DNA of 64,000 nucleotides from Eledone cirrhosa (GCA_964016885.1 OZ024741.1:27466001-27530000); one strand, 5' to 3'. Positions 40,601-56,700 are shown, counted from the stretch's first letter. Program-made: numbers and translations. Notes: a model not told the origin generated them from the letters alone.

Positions 40601-42420
40601 GACTATAGAACTAAGTCTAACAGAACGTCGTTGACTATAAAACTGAGACTAACAGAACGTCGTTCACTATAGACTATAGAACTAAGTTTAACAGAACGTC
40701 GTTGACTATAGACTATAGAACTAAGCCTAACAGAACATCGTTGATTATAGAACTAAGTCTAACAGAACGTCGTTAAATATAGAACTAAGACTAACAGAAC
40801 GTCGTTGACTATATAACTAAGACTAACAGAACGTCGTTGACTATAGAACTAAGTCTAGCAGAACGTCGTTGACTATAGAACTCAGACTAACAGAACGTCG
40901 TTGACTATAGAACTAAGAGTAACAGAACGTCGTAGACTATAGAACTACGTCTAACAGAACGTCGTTGACTATAGAACTAAGTATAGCAGAACGTCGTTCA
41001 CTATAGAACTAAGAGTAACAGAACGTCGTTGACTATACAACTAAGACTATCAGAACGTCGTTGACTATAGACTATAGAACTAAGTCTAACAAAAAGTCGT
41101 TGACTATAGAACTAAGTCTAACAGAACGTCGTTGACTATAAACTACAGAACTAAGTCTAACAGAACGTCGTTGACTATAGACTATAGAACTATATCAGGC
41201 AGAACGCGTTGACTATAGACTATAGAACTAAGTCTAACAGAACTTCGTTGACTATAGAATTAAGTGTAACAGAACGTTGTTGACTATAGATCTAAGTCTA
41301 ACAGAACGTCGTTGACTATAAAACTGAGACTAACAGAACGTCGTTGACTATAGACTATAGACTATAGAACTAAGGCTAACAGAACATCGCTAACTATAGG
41401 ACTTTGATTAACAGAACGTCGTTGAATATAGATTAAGTCTAACAGAACGTCGTTGACTATAGAATTAAGTGTAACAGAACGTCGTTGACTATAGACTATA
41501 GAACTAAGTCTAACAGAACGTCGTTGACTATAGAACTAAGTCTAACAGAACGTCGTTGACTATAGAACTAAGACTAACAGAACGTCGTTGACTATAGAAC
41601 TATGTGTAGCACAACGTCGTTGACTATAGAACTAAGTCTAACAGAACGTCGTTGACTATAGAACTAAGACTAACAGAACGTTGTTGACTAAAGAACTAAG
41701 TCTAACAGAACGTCGTTGACTATAGAATTGAGACTAACAGAACGTCGTTGACTATAGACTATAGAACTAAGGCTAACAGAACGTCGTTAACTATAGAACT
41801 TAGATTAACAGAACGTCGTTGACTATAGACTATAGAAGTAATGCTAACAGAACGTCGTTAACTATATAACTTAGATTAACAGAACGTCCTTGACTATAGA
41901 ACTAAGTCTAACAGAACGTCGTTGACAATATAATTAACTGTAACAGAACGACGTTGACTATAGACTATAGATCTAAGTCTAACAGAACGTCGTTGACTAT
42001 AGAATTAAGTCTAACAGAACGTCGTTGACTATAGAACTAAGTCTAACAGAACGTTGTTGACTATAGAACTGAGACTAACAGAACGTCGTTGACTATAGAC
42101 TATAGAACTATGTCTAACAGAACGTCGTTGACTATAGAACTACGTCTAACAGAACGTCGTTGACTATAGAACTAAGTCTAACGGAACGTCGTTGACTATA
42201 GAACTAAGTCTAACGGAACGTCGTTGACTATAGAACTAAGTCTAACAGAACGTCGTTGACTATAGAACTTAGGTTAACAGAACGTCGTTGTCTATAGAAC
42301 TAAGACTAATAGAACGCCTTTGACTATAGAACTAAGTCTAACAGAACGTCGTTGTATATAGAACTAAGTATAACAGAACGTCGTTGACTATAGAACTGAG
42401 ACTAACAGAACGTCGTTGAC
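16600..42420 (+). repeat. Middle HOR domain with 2.06-2.09 kb, 2.805 kb and 4.903 kb periods (boundaries approximate)
   Basis: Marker GGACTTTGATT at 18636, 20696, 23501, 26306, 28398, 34404, 39307 and 41399 (spacings 2060, 2805, 2805, 2092, 6006, 4903, 2092). CTACGTCAAAC at 31441 and 36344 (4903 apart). Confidence 0.85.
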
Positions 42421-44729
42421 TATAGACGATAGAACTAAGTCTAACAGAACGTTGTTGACTATATAACTAAGACTAACAGGTCGTTGTTAACTAAAGAACT
42501 AAGTCTAACCGAACGTCGTTGACTATAGAACTGAAACTAACAGAACGTCGTTGACTATAGAACTAAGTCTAACAGAACGTCGTTGACTATAGAACTAAGA
42601 CTAACAGAACGTCTCTTAGACTATAGAACTAAGTCTAGCAGAACGTTGTTGACTATAGAACTAAGTATAACAGACCGTCGTTGACTATAGAACTAAGACT
42701 AACAGAACGTTGTTGACTAAAGAACTAATTCTAACAGAACGTCGTTGACTATAGAACTAAGTCTAGCAGAACGTCGTTGACTATAGACTATAGGACTAAG
42801 TCTAACAGAACGTCGTTGACTATAGATCTAAGACTAACAGATCGTCGTTGACTATAGATCTAAGACTAACAGAACGTCGTTGACTATAGATCTAAGTCTA
42901 AAAGAACGTCGTTGACTATAGAACTAAGACTAACAGAACGTTGTTGACTAAAGAACTAATTCTAACAGAACGTCATTGACTTTAGAACTAAGTCTAGCAG
43001 AACGTCGTTGACTATAGTGTATAGAACTAAGTCTAACAGAACGTCGTTGACTATAGAACTAAGTCTAACAGAACGTCGTTCACTATCGAACCAAGTCTAA
43101 CAGAACGTCGTTGACTATAGAACTAAGTCTAACAGAACGTCGTTGACTATAGACTATAGAACTAAGTCTAACAGAACGTCGTTGACTATAGAACTACGTC
43201 TAACAGAACGTCGTTGACTATAGAACTAAGACTAACAGAACGTCTTTGACTATAGGACTAAAAATAACAGAACGTCGTTGACTATAGTCTATAGAACTAA
43301 ATCTAACATAACGTCGTTGATTATAGAACTAAGACTAACAGTACGTTGTTGACTAAAGAACTAAGTCTAACAGAACGTCGTTGACTATAAACTATAGAAC
43401 TAAGTCTAGCAGAACGTCGTTGACTATAGACTATAGAACTAAGTTTAGCAGAACGTTGTTGACTATAGAACTTAGTCTAACAGAACACAATAGAACTAAG
43501 TCTAACAGACCGTCGTTGACTATAGACTATAGAATTAAGTCTAACAGAACGTCGTTGACTATAGAACTAAAACTAACAGAACGTTGTTGACTAAAGAACT
43601 AATTCTAACAGAACGTCGTTGACTATAGAACTAAGTCTAGCAGAACGTCGTTGACTATAGAACTACGTCTAACTGAATGTCGTTGAATATAGTACTAAGA
43701 CTAACAGAGCGTCGTTGACTATAGACTATAGAACTAAGACTAACAGAACGTCGTTGACTATAGAACTAAGTCTAACGGAACGTCGTTGACTATAGAACTA
43801 AGTCTAACAGAACGTCGTTGACTATAGAACTAAGTCTAACATAACGTCGTTGACTATAGACTATAGAACTAAGTCTAACAGAACGTCGTTGACTATAGAC
43901 TATAGAACTAAGTCTAACAAAACGTCGTTGACTATAGAACTGAGACTAACAGAACGTCGTTGACTATAGACTATAGAACTAATTCTAACAGAACGTTGTT
44001 GACTACAGAACTAAGACTAATAGAACGCCGTTGACTATAGAACTAAGTCTAACAGAACGTTGTTGACTATAGAACTAAGACTAACAGAACGTCGTTGACT
44101 ATAGAACTGAGTCTAACAGAACGTTGTTGACTGTAGAACTAAGACTAATAGAACGTCGTTGACTATAGAACTAAGTCTAACAGAATGTCGTTCACTAAAG
44201 AACTAAGACTAGCAGAACGTCGTTGACTATAGAACAAAGACTAACACAACGTCGTTGACTATAGAACTAAGTCTAACAGAACGTCGTTGACTATAGAACT
44301 AAGACTAACAAAATGTCGTTGACTATAGTACTAAGTCTTAACAGAACGTCGTTAACTATAGAACGAAGACTAACAGAACGTCGTTGACTATAGAACTAAG
44401 TCTAACAGAACGTCGTTGTATATCGAACTAAGTATAACAGAACGTTGTTGACTATAGAACTGAGACTAACAGAACGTCGTTGACTATAGAACTTAGGTTA
44501 ACAGAACATCGTTGACTATAGACTATAGAACTAATGCTAACAGAACGTCGTTAACTATAGAACTTAGATTAACAGAACCTCGTTGACAATAGAATTAAGT
44601 CTAACAGAACGCGTTGACTATATAACTGAGACTAACAGAACGTCGTTGACTAAAGAACTAAGTCTAACAGAACGTCGTTGACTATCGAACCAAGTCTAAC
44701 AGAACGTCGTTGATATAGAACTAAGTCTA

Positions 44730-47700
44730 ACAGAACGTCGTTGACTATAGACTATAGAACTAAGTCTTATAGAACTACGTCTAACAGAACGTCGTTGACT
44801 ATAGAACTAAGACTAACAGAACGTCTTTGACTATATGACTAAAAATAACAGAACGTCGTTGACTATAGTCTATAGAACTAAATATAACATAACGTCGTTG
44901 ATTATAGAACTAATACTAACAGTACGTTGTTGACTAAAGAACTAAGTCTAACAGAACGTCATTGACTATAGACTATAGAACTAAGTCTAGCAGAACGTCG
45001 TTGACTATAGACTATAGAACTAAGTTTAACAGAACGTAGTTGACTATAGAACTAAGTCTAACAGAACACAATAGAACTAAGTCTAACAGACCGTCGTTGA
45101 CTATTGACTATAGAACTAAGTCTAACAGAACGTCGTTGACTATAAAAGTAAAACTAACAGAACGTTGTTGACTAAAGAACTAATTCTAACAGAACGTCGT
45201 TGACTATAGAACTAAGTCTAGCAGAACGTCGTTGACTATAGACTATGTCTAATAGAACGTCGTTGACGATGGAACTAAGTCTAACAGAACGTCGTTGACT
45301 ATAGAACTAAGACTAACAGAACGTCGTTGACTATAGAACTTAGGTTAACAGAACGTCGTTGACTATAGACTATAGAACTAATGCTAACAGAACGTCGTTA
45401 ACTATAGAACTTAGATTAACAGAACGTCGTTGACTATAGAACTAAGTCTAACAGAACGTCGTTGACAATAGAATTAAGTCTAACAGAACGTCGTTGACTA
45501 TATAACTGAGACTAACAGAACGTCGTTGACTAAAGAACTAAGTCTAACAGAACGTCGTTGACTATAGAACTAAGTCTAACAGAACGTTGTTGACTATGGA
45601 ACTAAGTCTAACAGAACGTCGTTGACTATGGAACTACGTCTAACTGAATGTCGTTGACTATACAACTAAGACTAACAGAGCATCGTTGACTATAGACTAT
45701 AGAACAAAGACTAACAGAACGTCGTTGACTATAGAACTAAGTCTAACGGAACGTCGTTGACTATAGAACTAAGTCTAACGGAACGTTGTTGACTATAGAA
45801 CTAAGTCTAACAGAACGTCGTTGACTATAGAACTAAGTCTAACAGAACGTCGTTGACTATAGACTATAGAACTAAGTCTAACAGAACGTCGTTGACTATA
45901 GACTATAGAACTAAGTCTAACAGAACGTCGTTGACTATAGAACTGAGACTAACAGAACGTCGTTGACTATAGACTATAGAACTAACTCTAACAGAACGTT
46001 GTTGACTATAGAACTAAGACTAACAGAACGTCGTTGACTATAGAACAAAGACTAACAGAACGTCGTTGACTATAGAACTAAGTCTAACAGAATGTCGTTC
46101 ACTAAAGAACTAAGACTAACAGAACGTCGTTGACTATAGAACAAAGACTAACACAACGTCGTTGACTATAGAACTAAGTCTAACAGAACGACGTTGACTA
46201 TAGAACTAAGACTAACAGAATGTCGTTGACTATAGTACTAAGTCTTAACAGAACGTCGTTAACTATAGAACGAAGACTAACAGAACGTGTTTGACTATAG
46301 AAGTAAGTCTAACAGAACGTCGTTGTATATAGAACTAAGTATAACAGAACGTCGTTGACTATAGAACTGAGACTAACAGAACGTCGTTGACTATAGAACT
46401 ACGTCTAACAGAACGTCGTTGACTATAGACTATAGAACTAAGTCTAACAGAACGTCGTTGACTATAGAACTAAAACTAACAGAACGTTGTTCACTAAAGA
46501 ACTAATTCTAACAGAACGTCGTTGACTATAGAACTAAGTCTAGCAGAACGTCGTTGACTATAGGACTAAGTCTAACAGAACGTCGTTGACGATGGAACTA
46601 AGTCTAACAGAACGTCGTTGACTATAGAACTAAGACTAACAGAACGTCGTTGACTATAGAACTTAGGTTAACAGAACGTCGTTGACTATAGACTATAGAA
46701 CTAATGCTAACAGAACGTCGTTAACTATAGAACTTAGATTAACAGAACATCGTTGACAATAGAATTAAGTCTAACAGAACGTCGTTGACTATATAACTGA
46801 GACTAAGAGAACGTCGTTGACTAAAGAACTAAGTCTAACAGAACGTCGTTGACTATAGAACTGAGACTAACAGAACGTCGTTGACTATAGACTATATAAC
46901 TAAGTCTAACAGAACGTCGTTGACTATAGAACTACGTCTAACTGAATGTCGTTGACTATAGAACTAAGACTAACAGAGCGTCGTTGACTATAGAACTAAG
47001 ACTAAGAGAACGTCGTTGACTATAGAACTAAGTCTAACAGAACGTCGTTGACTATAGAACTAAGTCTAACAGAACGTCGTTGACTATAGACCATAGAACT
47101 AAGTCTAACAGAACGTCGTTGACTATAGACTATAGAACTAAGTCTAACAGAACGTCGTTGACTATAGACTATAGAACTAAGTCTAACAGAACGTCGTTGA
47201 CTATAGAACTGAGACTAACAGAACGTCGTTGACTATAGACTATGGAACTATTTCTAACAGAACGTTGTTCACTACAGAACTAAGACTAATAGAACGCCGT
47301 TGACTATAGAACTAAGTCTAACAGAATGTCGTTCACTAAAGAACTAAGACTAACAGAACGTTGTTGACTATAGAACTAAGACTAACAGAACGTCGTTGAC
47401 TGTAGAACTGAGTCTAACAGAACGTTGTTGACTATAGAACTAAGACTAATAGAACGTCGTTGACTATAGAACTAAGTTTAACAGAATGTCGTTCACTAAA
47501 GAACTAAGACTAACAGAACGTGATTGACTATAGAACAAAGACTAACACAACGTCGTTGACTATAGAACTAAGTCTAACAGAATGTCGTTGACTATAGTAC
47601 TAAGACTAACAGAATGTCGTTGACTATAGTACTAAGTCTTAACAGAACGTCGTTAACTATAGAACGAAGACTAACAGAACGTCGTTGACTATAGAACTAA

Positions 47701-50700
47701 GTCTAACAGAACGTCGTTGTATATAGAACTAAGTATAACAGAACGTCGTTGACTATAGAACTGAGACTAACAGAACGTTGTTAACTAAAGAACTAAGTCT
47801 AACCGAACGTCGTTGACTATAGAACTACGTCTAACAGAACGTCGTTGACTATAGAACTACGTCTAACAGAACGTCGTTGACTATAGACGATAGAACTAAG
47901 TCTAACAGAACGTCTTTGACTATATAACTAAGACTAACAGAACGTTGTTAACTAAAGAACTAAGTCTAACCGAACGTCGTTGACTATAGAACTGAAACTA
48001 ACAGAACCTCGTTGACTATAGAACTAAGTCTAACAGAACGTCGTTGACTATAGAACTACGTCTAACAGAACGTCGTTGACTATAGAACTAAGACTAACAG
48101 AACGTTGTTGACTAAAGAACTAATTCTAACAGAACGTCGTTGACTATAGAACTAAGTCTAGCAGAACGTCGTTGACTATAGGACTAAGTCTAACAGAACG
48201 TCGTTGACTATATAACTAAGACTAACAGATCGTCGTTGACTATAGACTATAGAACTAAGTCTAACAGAACGTCGTTGACTATAGAACTACGTCTAACAGA
48301 ACGTCGTTGACTATAGAACTAAGACTAACAGAACGTCTTTGACTATAGGGCTAAAACTAACAGAACGTCGTTGACTATAGTCTATAGAACTAAGTCTAAC
48401 AGAACGTCGTTGATTATAGAACTAAGACTAACAGAACGTCGTTGACTATAGACTATAGAACTAAGTCTAGCAGAACATCGTTGACTATAGACTATAGAAC
48501 TAAGTTTAACAGAACGCCGTTGACTATAGAACTAAGTCTAACAGAACACAATAGAACTAAGTCTAACAGACCGTCGTTGACTATAGACTATATAACTAAG
48601 TCTAACAGAACGTCGTTGACTATAGAACTAAAACTAACAGAACGTTGTTGACTAAAGAACTAATTCTAACAGAACGTCGTTGACTATAGACTATAGGACT
48701 AAGTCTAACAGAACGTCGTTGACGATAGAACTAAGTCTAACAGAACGTTGTTGACTATAGAACTATGACTAATAGAACGTCGTTGACTAGAGAACTAAGT
48801 CTAACAGAATGTCGTTCACTAAAGAACTAAGACTAACAGAACGTCGTTGACTATAGAACCAAGACTAACACAACGTCGTTGACTATAGAACTAAGTCTAA
48901 CAGAACGTCGTTGACTATAGAACTAAGACTAACAGAACGTCGTTGACTATAGTACTAAGTCTTAACAGAACGTCGTTAACTATAGAACGAAGACTAACAG
49001 AACGTCGTTGACTATAGAACTAAGTCTAACAGAACACAATAGAACTAAGTCTAACAGAACACAATAGAACTAAGTCTAACAGACCGTCGTTGACTATAGA
49101 CTATAGAACTAAGTCTAACAGAACGTCGTTGACTATAGAACTAAGTCTAACAGAACGTCGTTGACTATAGACTATAGAACTAAGTCTTATAGAACTACGT
49201 CTAACAGAACGTCGTTGACTATAGAACTAAGACTAACAGAACGTCTTTGACTATATGACTAAAAATAACAGAACGTCGTTGACTATAGTCTATAGAACTA
49301 AATATAACATAACGTCGTTGATTATAGAACTAATACTAACAGTACGTTGTTGACTAAAGAACTAAGTCTAACAGAACGTCATTGACTATAGACTATAGAA
49401 CTAAGTCTAGCAGAACGTCGTTGACTATAGACTATAGAACTAAGTTTAACAGAACGTAGTTGACTATAGAACTAAGTCTAACAGAACACAATAGAACTAA
49501 GTCTAACAGACCGTCGTTGACTATTGACTATAGAACTAAGTCTAACAGAACGTCGTTGACTATAAAAGTAAAACTAACAGAACGTTGTTGACTAAAGAAC
49601 TAATTCTAACAGAACGTCGTTTACTATAGAACTAAGTCTAGCAGAACGTCGTTGACTATAGACTATGTCTAATAGAACGTCGTTGACGATGGAACTAAGT
49701 CTAACAGAACGTCGTTGACTATAGAACTAAGACTAACAGAACGTCGTTGACTATAGAACTTAGGTTAACAGAACGTCGTTGACTATAGACTATAGAACTA
49801 ATGCTAACAGAACGTCGTTAACTATAGAACTTAGATTGACAGAACGTCGTTGACTATAGAACTAAGTCTAACAGAACGTCGTTGACAATAGAATTAAGTC
49901 TAACAGAGCGTCGTTGACTATATAACTGAGACTAACAGAACGTCGTTGACTAAAGAACTAAGTCTAACAGAACGTCGTTGACTATAGAACTAAGTCTAAC
50001 AGAACGTTGTTGACTATAGAACTAAGTCTAACAGAACGTCGTTGACTATGGAACTACGTCTAACTGAATGTCGTTGACTATACAACTAAGACTAACAGAG
50101 CGTCGTTGACTATAGACTATAGAACTAAGACTAACAGAACGTCGTTGACTATAGAACTAAGTCTAACGGAACGTCGTTGACTATAGAACTAAGTCTAACA
50201 GAACGTCGTTGACTATAGAACTAAGTCTAACAGAACGTCGTTGACTATAGAACTAAGTCTAACAGAACGTCGTTGACTATAGACTATAGAACTAAGTCTA
50301 ACAGAACGTCGTTGACTATAGACTATAGAACTAAGTCTAACAGAACGTCGTTGACTATAGAACTGAGACTAACAGAACGTCGTTGACTATAGACTATAGA
50401 ACTAATTCTAACAGAACGTTGTTGACTATAGAACTAAGACTAACAGAACGTCGTTGACTATAGAACAAAGACTAACAGAACGTCGTTGACTATAGAACTA
50501 AGTCTAACAGAATGTCGTTCACTAAAGAACTAAGACTAACAGAACGTCGTTGACTATAGAACAAAGACTAACACAACGTCGTTGACTATAGAACTAAGTC
50601 TAACAGAACGTCGTTGACTATAGAACTAAGACTAACAGAATGTCGTTGACTATAGTACTAAGTCTTAACAGAACGTCGTTAACTATAGAACGAAGACTAA

Positions 50701-53700
50701 CAGAACGTGTTTGACTATAGAAGTAAGTCTAACAGAACGTCGTTGTATATAGAACTAAGTATAACAGAACGTCGTTGACTATAGAACTGAGACTAACAGA
50801 ACGTCGTTGACTATAGAACTACGTCTAACAGAACGTCGTTGACTATAGACTATAGAACTAAGTCTAACAGAACGTCGTTGACTATAGAACTAAAACTAAC
50901 AGAACGTTGTTCACTAAAGAACTAATTCTAACAGAACGTCGTTGACTATAGAACTAAGTCTAGCAGAACGTCGTTGACTATAGGACTAAGTCTAACAGAA
51001 CGTCGTTGACGATGGAACTAAGTCTAACAGAACGTCGTTGACTATAGAACTAAGACTAACAGAACGTCGTTGACTATAGAACTTAGGTTAACAGAACGTC
51101 GTTGACTATAGACTATAGAACTAATGCTAACAGAACGTCGTTAACTATTTGACTTAGATTAACAGAACATCGTTGACAATAGAATTAAGTCTAACAGAAC
51201 GTCGTTGACTATATAACTGAGACTAAGAGAACGTCGTTGACTAAAGAACTAAGTCTAACAGAACGTCGTTGACTATAGAAGTGAGACTAACAGAACGTCG
51301 TTGACTATAGACTATATAACTAAGTCTAACAGAACGTCGTTGACTATAGAACTACGTCTAACTGAATGTCGTTGACTATAGAACTAAGACTAACAGAGCG
51401 TCGTTGACTATAGAACTAAGACTAAGAGAACGTCGTTGACTATAGAACTAAGTCTAACAGAACGTCGTTGACTATAGAACTAAGTCTAACAGAACGTCGT
51501 TGACTATAGACCATAGAACTAAGTCTAACAGAACGTCGTTGACTATAGACTATAGAACTAAGTCTAACAGAACGTCGTTGACTATAGACTATAGAACTAA
51601 GTCTAACAGAACGTCGTTGACTATAGAACTGAGACTAACAGAACGTCGTTGACTATAGACTATGGAACTATTTCTAACAGAACGTTGTTCACTACAGAAC
51701 TAAGACTAATAGAACGCCGTTGACTATAGAACTAAGTCTAACAGAATGTCGTTCACTAAAGAACTAAGACTAACAGAACGTTGTTGACTATAGAACTAAG
51801 ACTAACAGAACGTCGTTGACTGTAGAACTGAGTCTAACAGAACGTTGTTGACTATAGAACTAAGACTAATAGAACGTCGTTGACTATAGAACTAAGTTTA
51901 ACAGAATGTCGTTCACTAAAGAACTAAGACTAACAGAACGTGATTGACTATAGAACAAAGACTAACACAACGTCGTTGACTATAGAACTAAGTCTAACAG
52001 AATGTCGTTGACTATAGTACTAAGACTAACAGAATGTCGTTGACTATAGTACTAAGTCTTAACAGAACGTCGTTAACTATAGAACGAAGACTAACAGAAC
52101 GTCGTTGACTATAGAACTAAGTCTAACAGAACGTCGTTGTATATAGAACTAAGTATAACAGAACGTCGTTGACTATAGAACTGAGACTAACAGAACGTTG
52201 TTAACTAAAGAACTAAGTCTAACCGAACGTCGTTGACTATAGAACTACGTCTAACAGAACGTCGTTGACTATAGAACTACGTCTAACAGAACGTCGTTGA
52301 CTATAGACGATAGAACTAAGTCTAACAGAACGTCTTTGACTATATAACTAAGACTAACAGAACGTTGTTAACTAAAGAACTAAGTCTAACCGAACGTCGT
52401 TGACTATAGAACTGAAACTAACAGAACCTCGTTGACTATAGAACTAAGTCTAACAGAACGTCGTTGACTATAGAACTACGTCTAACAGAACGTCGTTGAC
52501 TATAGAACTAAGACTAACAGAACGTTGTTGACTAAAGAACTAATTCTAACAGAACGTCGTTGACTATAGAACTAAGTCTAGCAGAACGTCGTTGACTATA
52601 GGACTAAGTCTAACAGAACGTCGTTGACTATATAACTAAGACTAACAGATCGTCGTTGACTATAGACTATAGAACTAAGTCTAACAGAACGTCGTTGACT
52701 ATAGAACTACGTCTAACAGAACGTCGTTGACTATAGAACTAAGACTAACAGAACGTCTTTGACTATAGGGCTAAAACTAACAGAACGTCGTTGACTATAG
52801 TCTATAGAACTAAGTCTAACAGAACGTCGTTGATTATAGAACTAAGACTAACAGAACGTCGTTGACTATAGACTATAGAACTAAGTCTAGCAGAACATCG
52901 TTGACTATAGACTATAGAACTAAGTTTAACAGAACGCCGTTGACTATAGAACTAAGTCTAACAGAACACAATAGAACTAAGTCTAACAGACCGTCGTTGA
53001 CTATAGACTATATAACTAAGTCTAACAGAACGTCGTTGACTATAGAACTAAAACTAACAGAACGTTGTTGACTAAAGAACTAATTCTAACAGAACGTCGT
53101 TGACTATAGACTATAGGACTAAGTCTAACAGAACGTCGTTGACGATAGAACTAAGTCTAACAGAACGTTGTTGACTATAGAACTATGACTAATAGAACGT
53201 CGTTGACTAGAGAACTAAGTCTAACAGAATGTCGTTCACTAAAGAACTAAGACTAACAGAACGTCGTTGACTATAGAACCAAGACTAACACAACGTCGTT
53301 GACTATAGAACTAAGTCTAACAGAACGTCGTTGACTATAGAACTAAGACTAACAGAACGTCGTTGACTATAGTACTAAGTCTTAACAGAACGTCGTTAAC
53401 TATAGAACGAAGACTAACAGAACGTCGTTGACTATAGAACTAAGTCTAACAGAACACAATAGAACTAAGTCTAACAGAACACAATAGAACTAAGTCTAAC
53501 AGACCGTCGTTGACTATAGACTATAGAACTAAGTCTAACAGAACGTCGTTGACTATAGAACTAAGTCTAACAGAACGTCGTTGACTATAGACTATAGAAC
53601 TAAGTCTTATAGAACTACGTCTAACAGAACGTCGTTGACTATAGAACTAAGACTAACAGAACGTCTTTGACTATATGACTAAAAATAACAGAACGTCGTT

Positions 53701-56700
53701 GACTATAGTCTATAGAACTAAATATAACATAACGTCGTTGATTATAGAACTAATACTAACAGTACGTTGTTGACTAAAGAACTAAGTCTAACAGAACGTC
53801 ATTGACTATAGACTATAGAACTAAGTCTAGCAGAACGTCGTTGACTATAGACTATAGAACTAAGTTTAACAGAACGTAGTTGACTATAGAACTAAGTCTA
53901 ACAGAACACAATAGAACTAAGTCTAACAGACCGTCGTTGGCTATTGACTATAGAACTAAGTCTAACAGAACGTCGTTGACTATAAAAGTAAAACTAACAG
54001 AACGTTGTTGACTAAAGAACTAATTCTAACAGAACGTCGTTTACTATAGAACTAAGTCTAGCAGAACGTCGTTGACTATAGACTATGTCTAATAGAACGT
54101 CGTTGACGATGGAACTAAGTCTAACAGAACGTCGTTGACTATAGAACTAAGACTAACAGAACGTCGTTGACTATAGAACTTAGGTTAATAGAACGTCGTT
54201 GACTATAGACTATAGAACTAATGCTAACAGAACGTCGTTAACTATAGAACTTAGATTGACAGAACGTCGTTGACTATAGAACTAAGTCTAACAGAACGTC
54301 GTTGACAATAGAATTAAGTCTAACAGAGCGTCGTTGACTATATAACTGAGACTAACAGAACGTCGTTGACTAAAGAACTAAGTCTAACAGAACGTCGTTG
54401 ACTATAGAACTAAGTCTAACAGAACGTTGTTGACTATAGAACTAAGTCTAACAGAACGTCGTTGACTATGGAACTACGTCTAACTGAATGTCGTTGACTA
54501 TACAACTAAGACTAACAGAGCGTCGTTGACTATAGACTATAGAACTAAGACTAACAGAACGTCGTTGACTATAGAACTAAGTCTAACGGAACGTCGTTGA
54601 CTATAGAACTAAGTCTAACAGAACGTCGTTGACTATAGAACTAAGTCTAACAGAACGTCGTTGACTATAGACTATAGAACTAAGTCTAACAGAACGTAGT
54701 TGACTATAGACTATAGAACTAAGTCTAACAGAACGTCGTTGACTATAGAACTGAGACTAACAGAACGTCGTTGACTATAGACTATAGAACTAATTCTAAC
54801 AGAACGTTGTTGACTATAGAACTAAGACTAACAGAACGTCGTTGACTATAGAACAAAGACTAACAGAACGTCGTTGACTATAGAACTAAGTCTAACAGAA
54901 TGTCGTTCACTAAAGAACTAAGACTAACAGAACGTCGTTGACTATAGAACAAAGACTAACACAACGTCGTTGACTATAGAACTAAGTCTAACAGAACGTC
55001 GTTGACTATAGAACTAAGACTAACAGAATGTCGTTGACTATAGTACTAAGTCTTAACAGAACGTCGTTAACTATAGAACGAAGACTAACAGAACGTCGTT
55101 GACTATAGAACTAAGTCTAACAGAACGTCGTTGTATATAGAACTAAGTATAACAGAACGTCGTTGACTATAGAACTGAGACTAACAGAACGTCGTTGACT
55201 ATAGAACTACGTCTAACAGAACGTCGTTGACTATAGACTATAGAACTAAGTCTAACAGAACGTCGTTGACTATAGAACTAAAACTAACAGAACGTTGTTC
55301 ACTAAAGAACTAATTCTAACAGGACGTCGTTGACTATAGAACTAAGTCTAGCAGAACGTCGTTGACTATAGGACTAAGTCTAACAGAACGTCGTTGACGA
55401 TGGAACTAAGTCTAACAGAACGTCGTTGACTATAGAACTAAGACTAACAGAACGTCGTTGACTATAGAACTTAGGTTAACAGAACGTCGTTGACTATAGA
55501 CTATAGAACTAATGCTAACAGAACGTCGTTAACTATAGAACTTAGATTAACAGAACATCGTTGACAATAGAATTAAGTCTAACAGAACGTCGTTGACTAT
55601 ATAACTGAGACTAAGAGAACGTCGTTGACTAAAGAACTAAGTCTAACAGAACGTCGTTGACTATAGAACTGAGACTAACAGAACGTCGTTGACTATAGAC
55701 TATATAACTAAGTCTAACAGAACGTCGTTGACTATAGAACTACGTCTAACTGAATGTCGTTGACTATAGAACTAAGACTAACAGAGCGTCGTTGACTATA
55801 GAACTAAGACTAAGAGAACGTCGTTGACTATAGAACTAAGTCTAACAGAACGTCGTTGACTATAGAACTAAGTCTAGCAGAACGTCGTTGACTATAGACC
55901 ATAGAACTAAGTCTAACAGAACGTCGTTGACTATAGACTATAGAACTAAGTCTAACAGAACGTCGTTGACTATAGACTATAGAACTAAGTCTAACAGAAC
56001 GTCGTTGACTATAGAACTGAGACTAACAGAACGTCGTTGACTATAGACTATGGAACTATTTCTAACAGAACGTTGTTCACTACAGAACTAAGACTAATAG
56101 AACGCCGTTGACTATAGAACTAAGTCTAACAGAATGTCGTTCACTAAAGAACTAAGACTAACAGAACGTTGTTGACTATAGAACTAAGACTAACAGAACG
56201 TCGTTGACTGTAGAACTGAGTCTAACAGAACGTTGTTGACTATAGAACTAAGACTAATAGAACGTCGTTGACTATAGAACTAAGTTTAACAGAATGTCGT
56301 TCACTAAAGAACTAAGACTAACAGAACGTGATTGACTATAGAACAAAGACTAACACAACGTCGTTGACTATAGAACTAAGTCTAACAGAATGTCGTTGAC
56401 TATAGTACTAAGACAAACAGAATGTCGTTGACTATAGTACTAAGTCTTAACAGAACGTCGTTAACTATAGAACGAAGACTAACAGAACGTCGTTGACTAT
56501 AGAACTAAGTCTAACAGAACGTCGTTGTATATAGAACTAAGTATAACAGAACGTCGTTGACTATAGAACTGAGACTAAAAGAACGTTGTTAACTAAAGAA
56601 CTAAGTCTAACCGAACGTCGTTGACTATAGAACTACGTCTAACAGAACGTCGTTGACTATAGAACTACGTCTAACAGAACGTCGTTGACTATAGACGATA

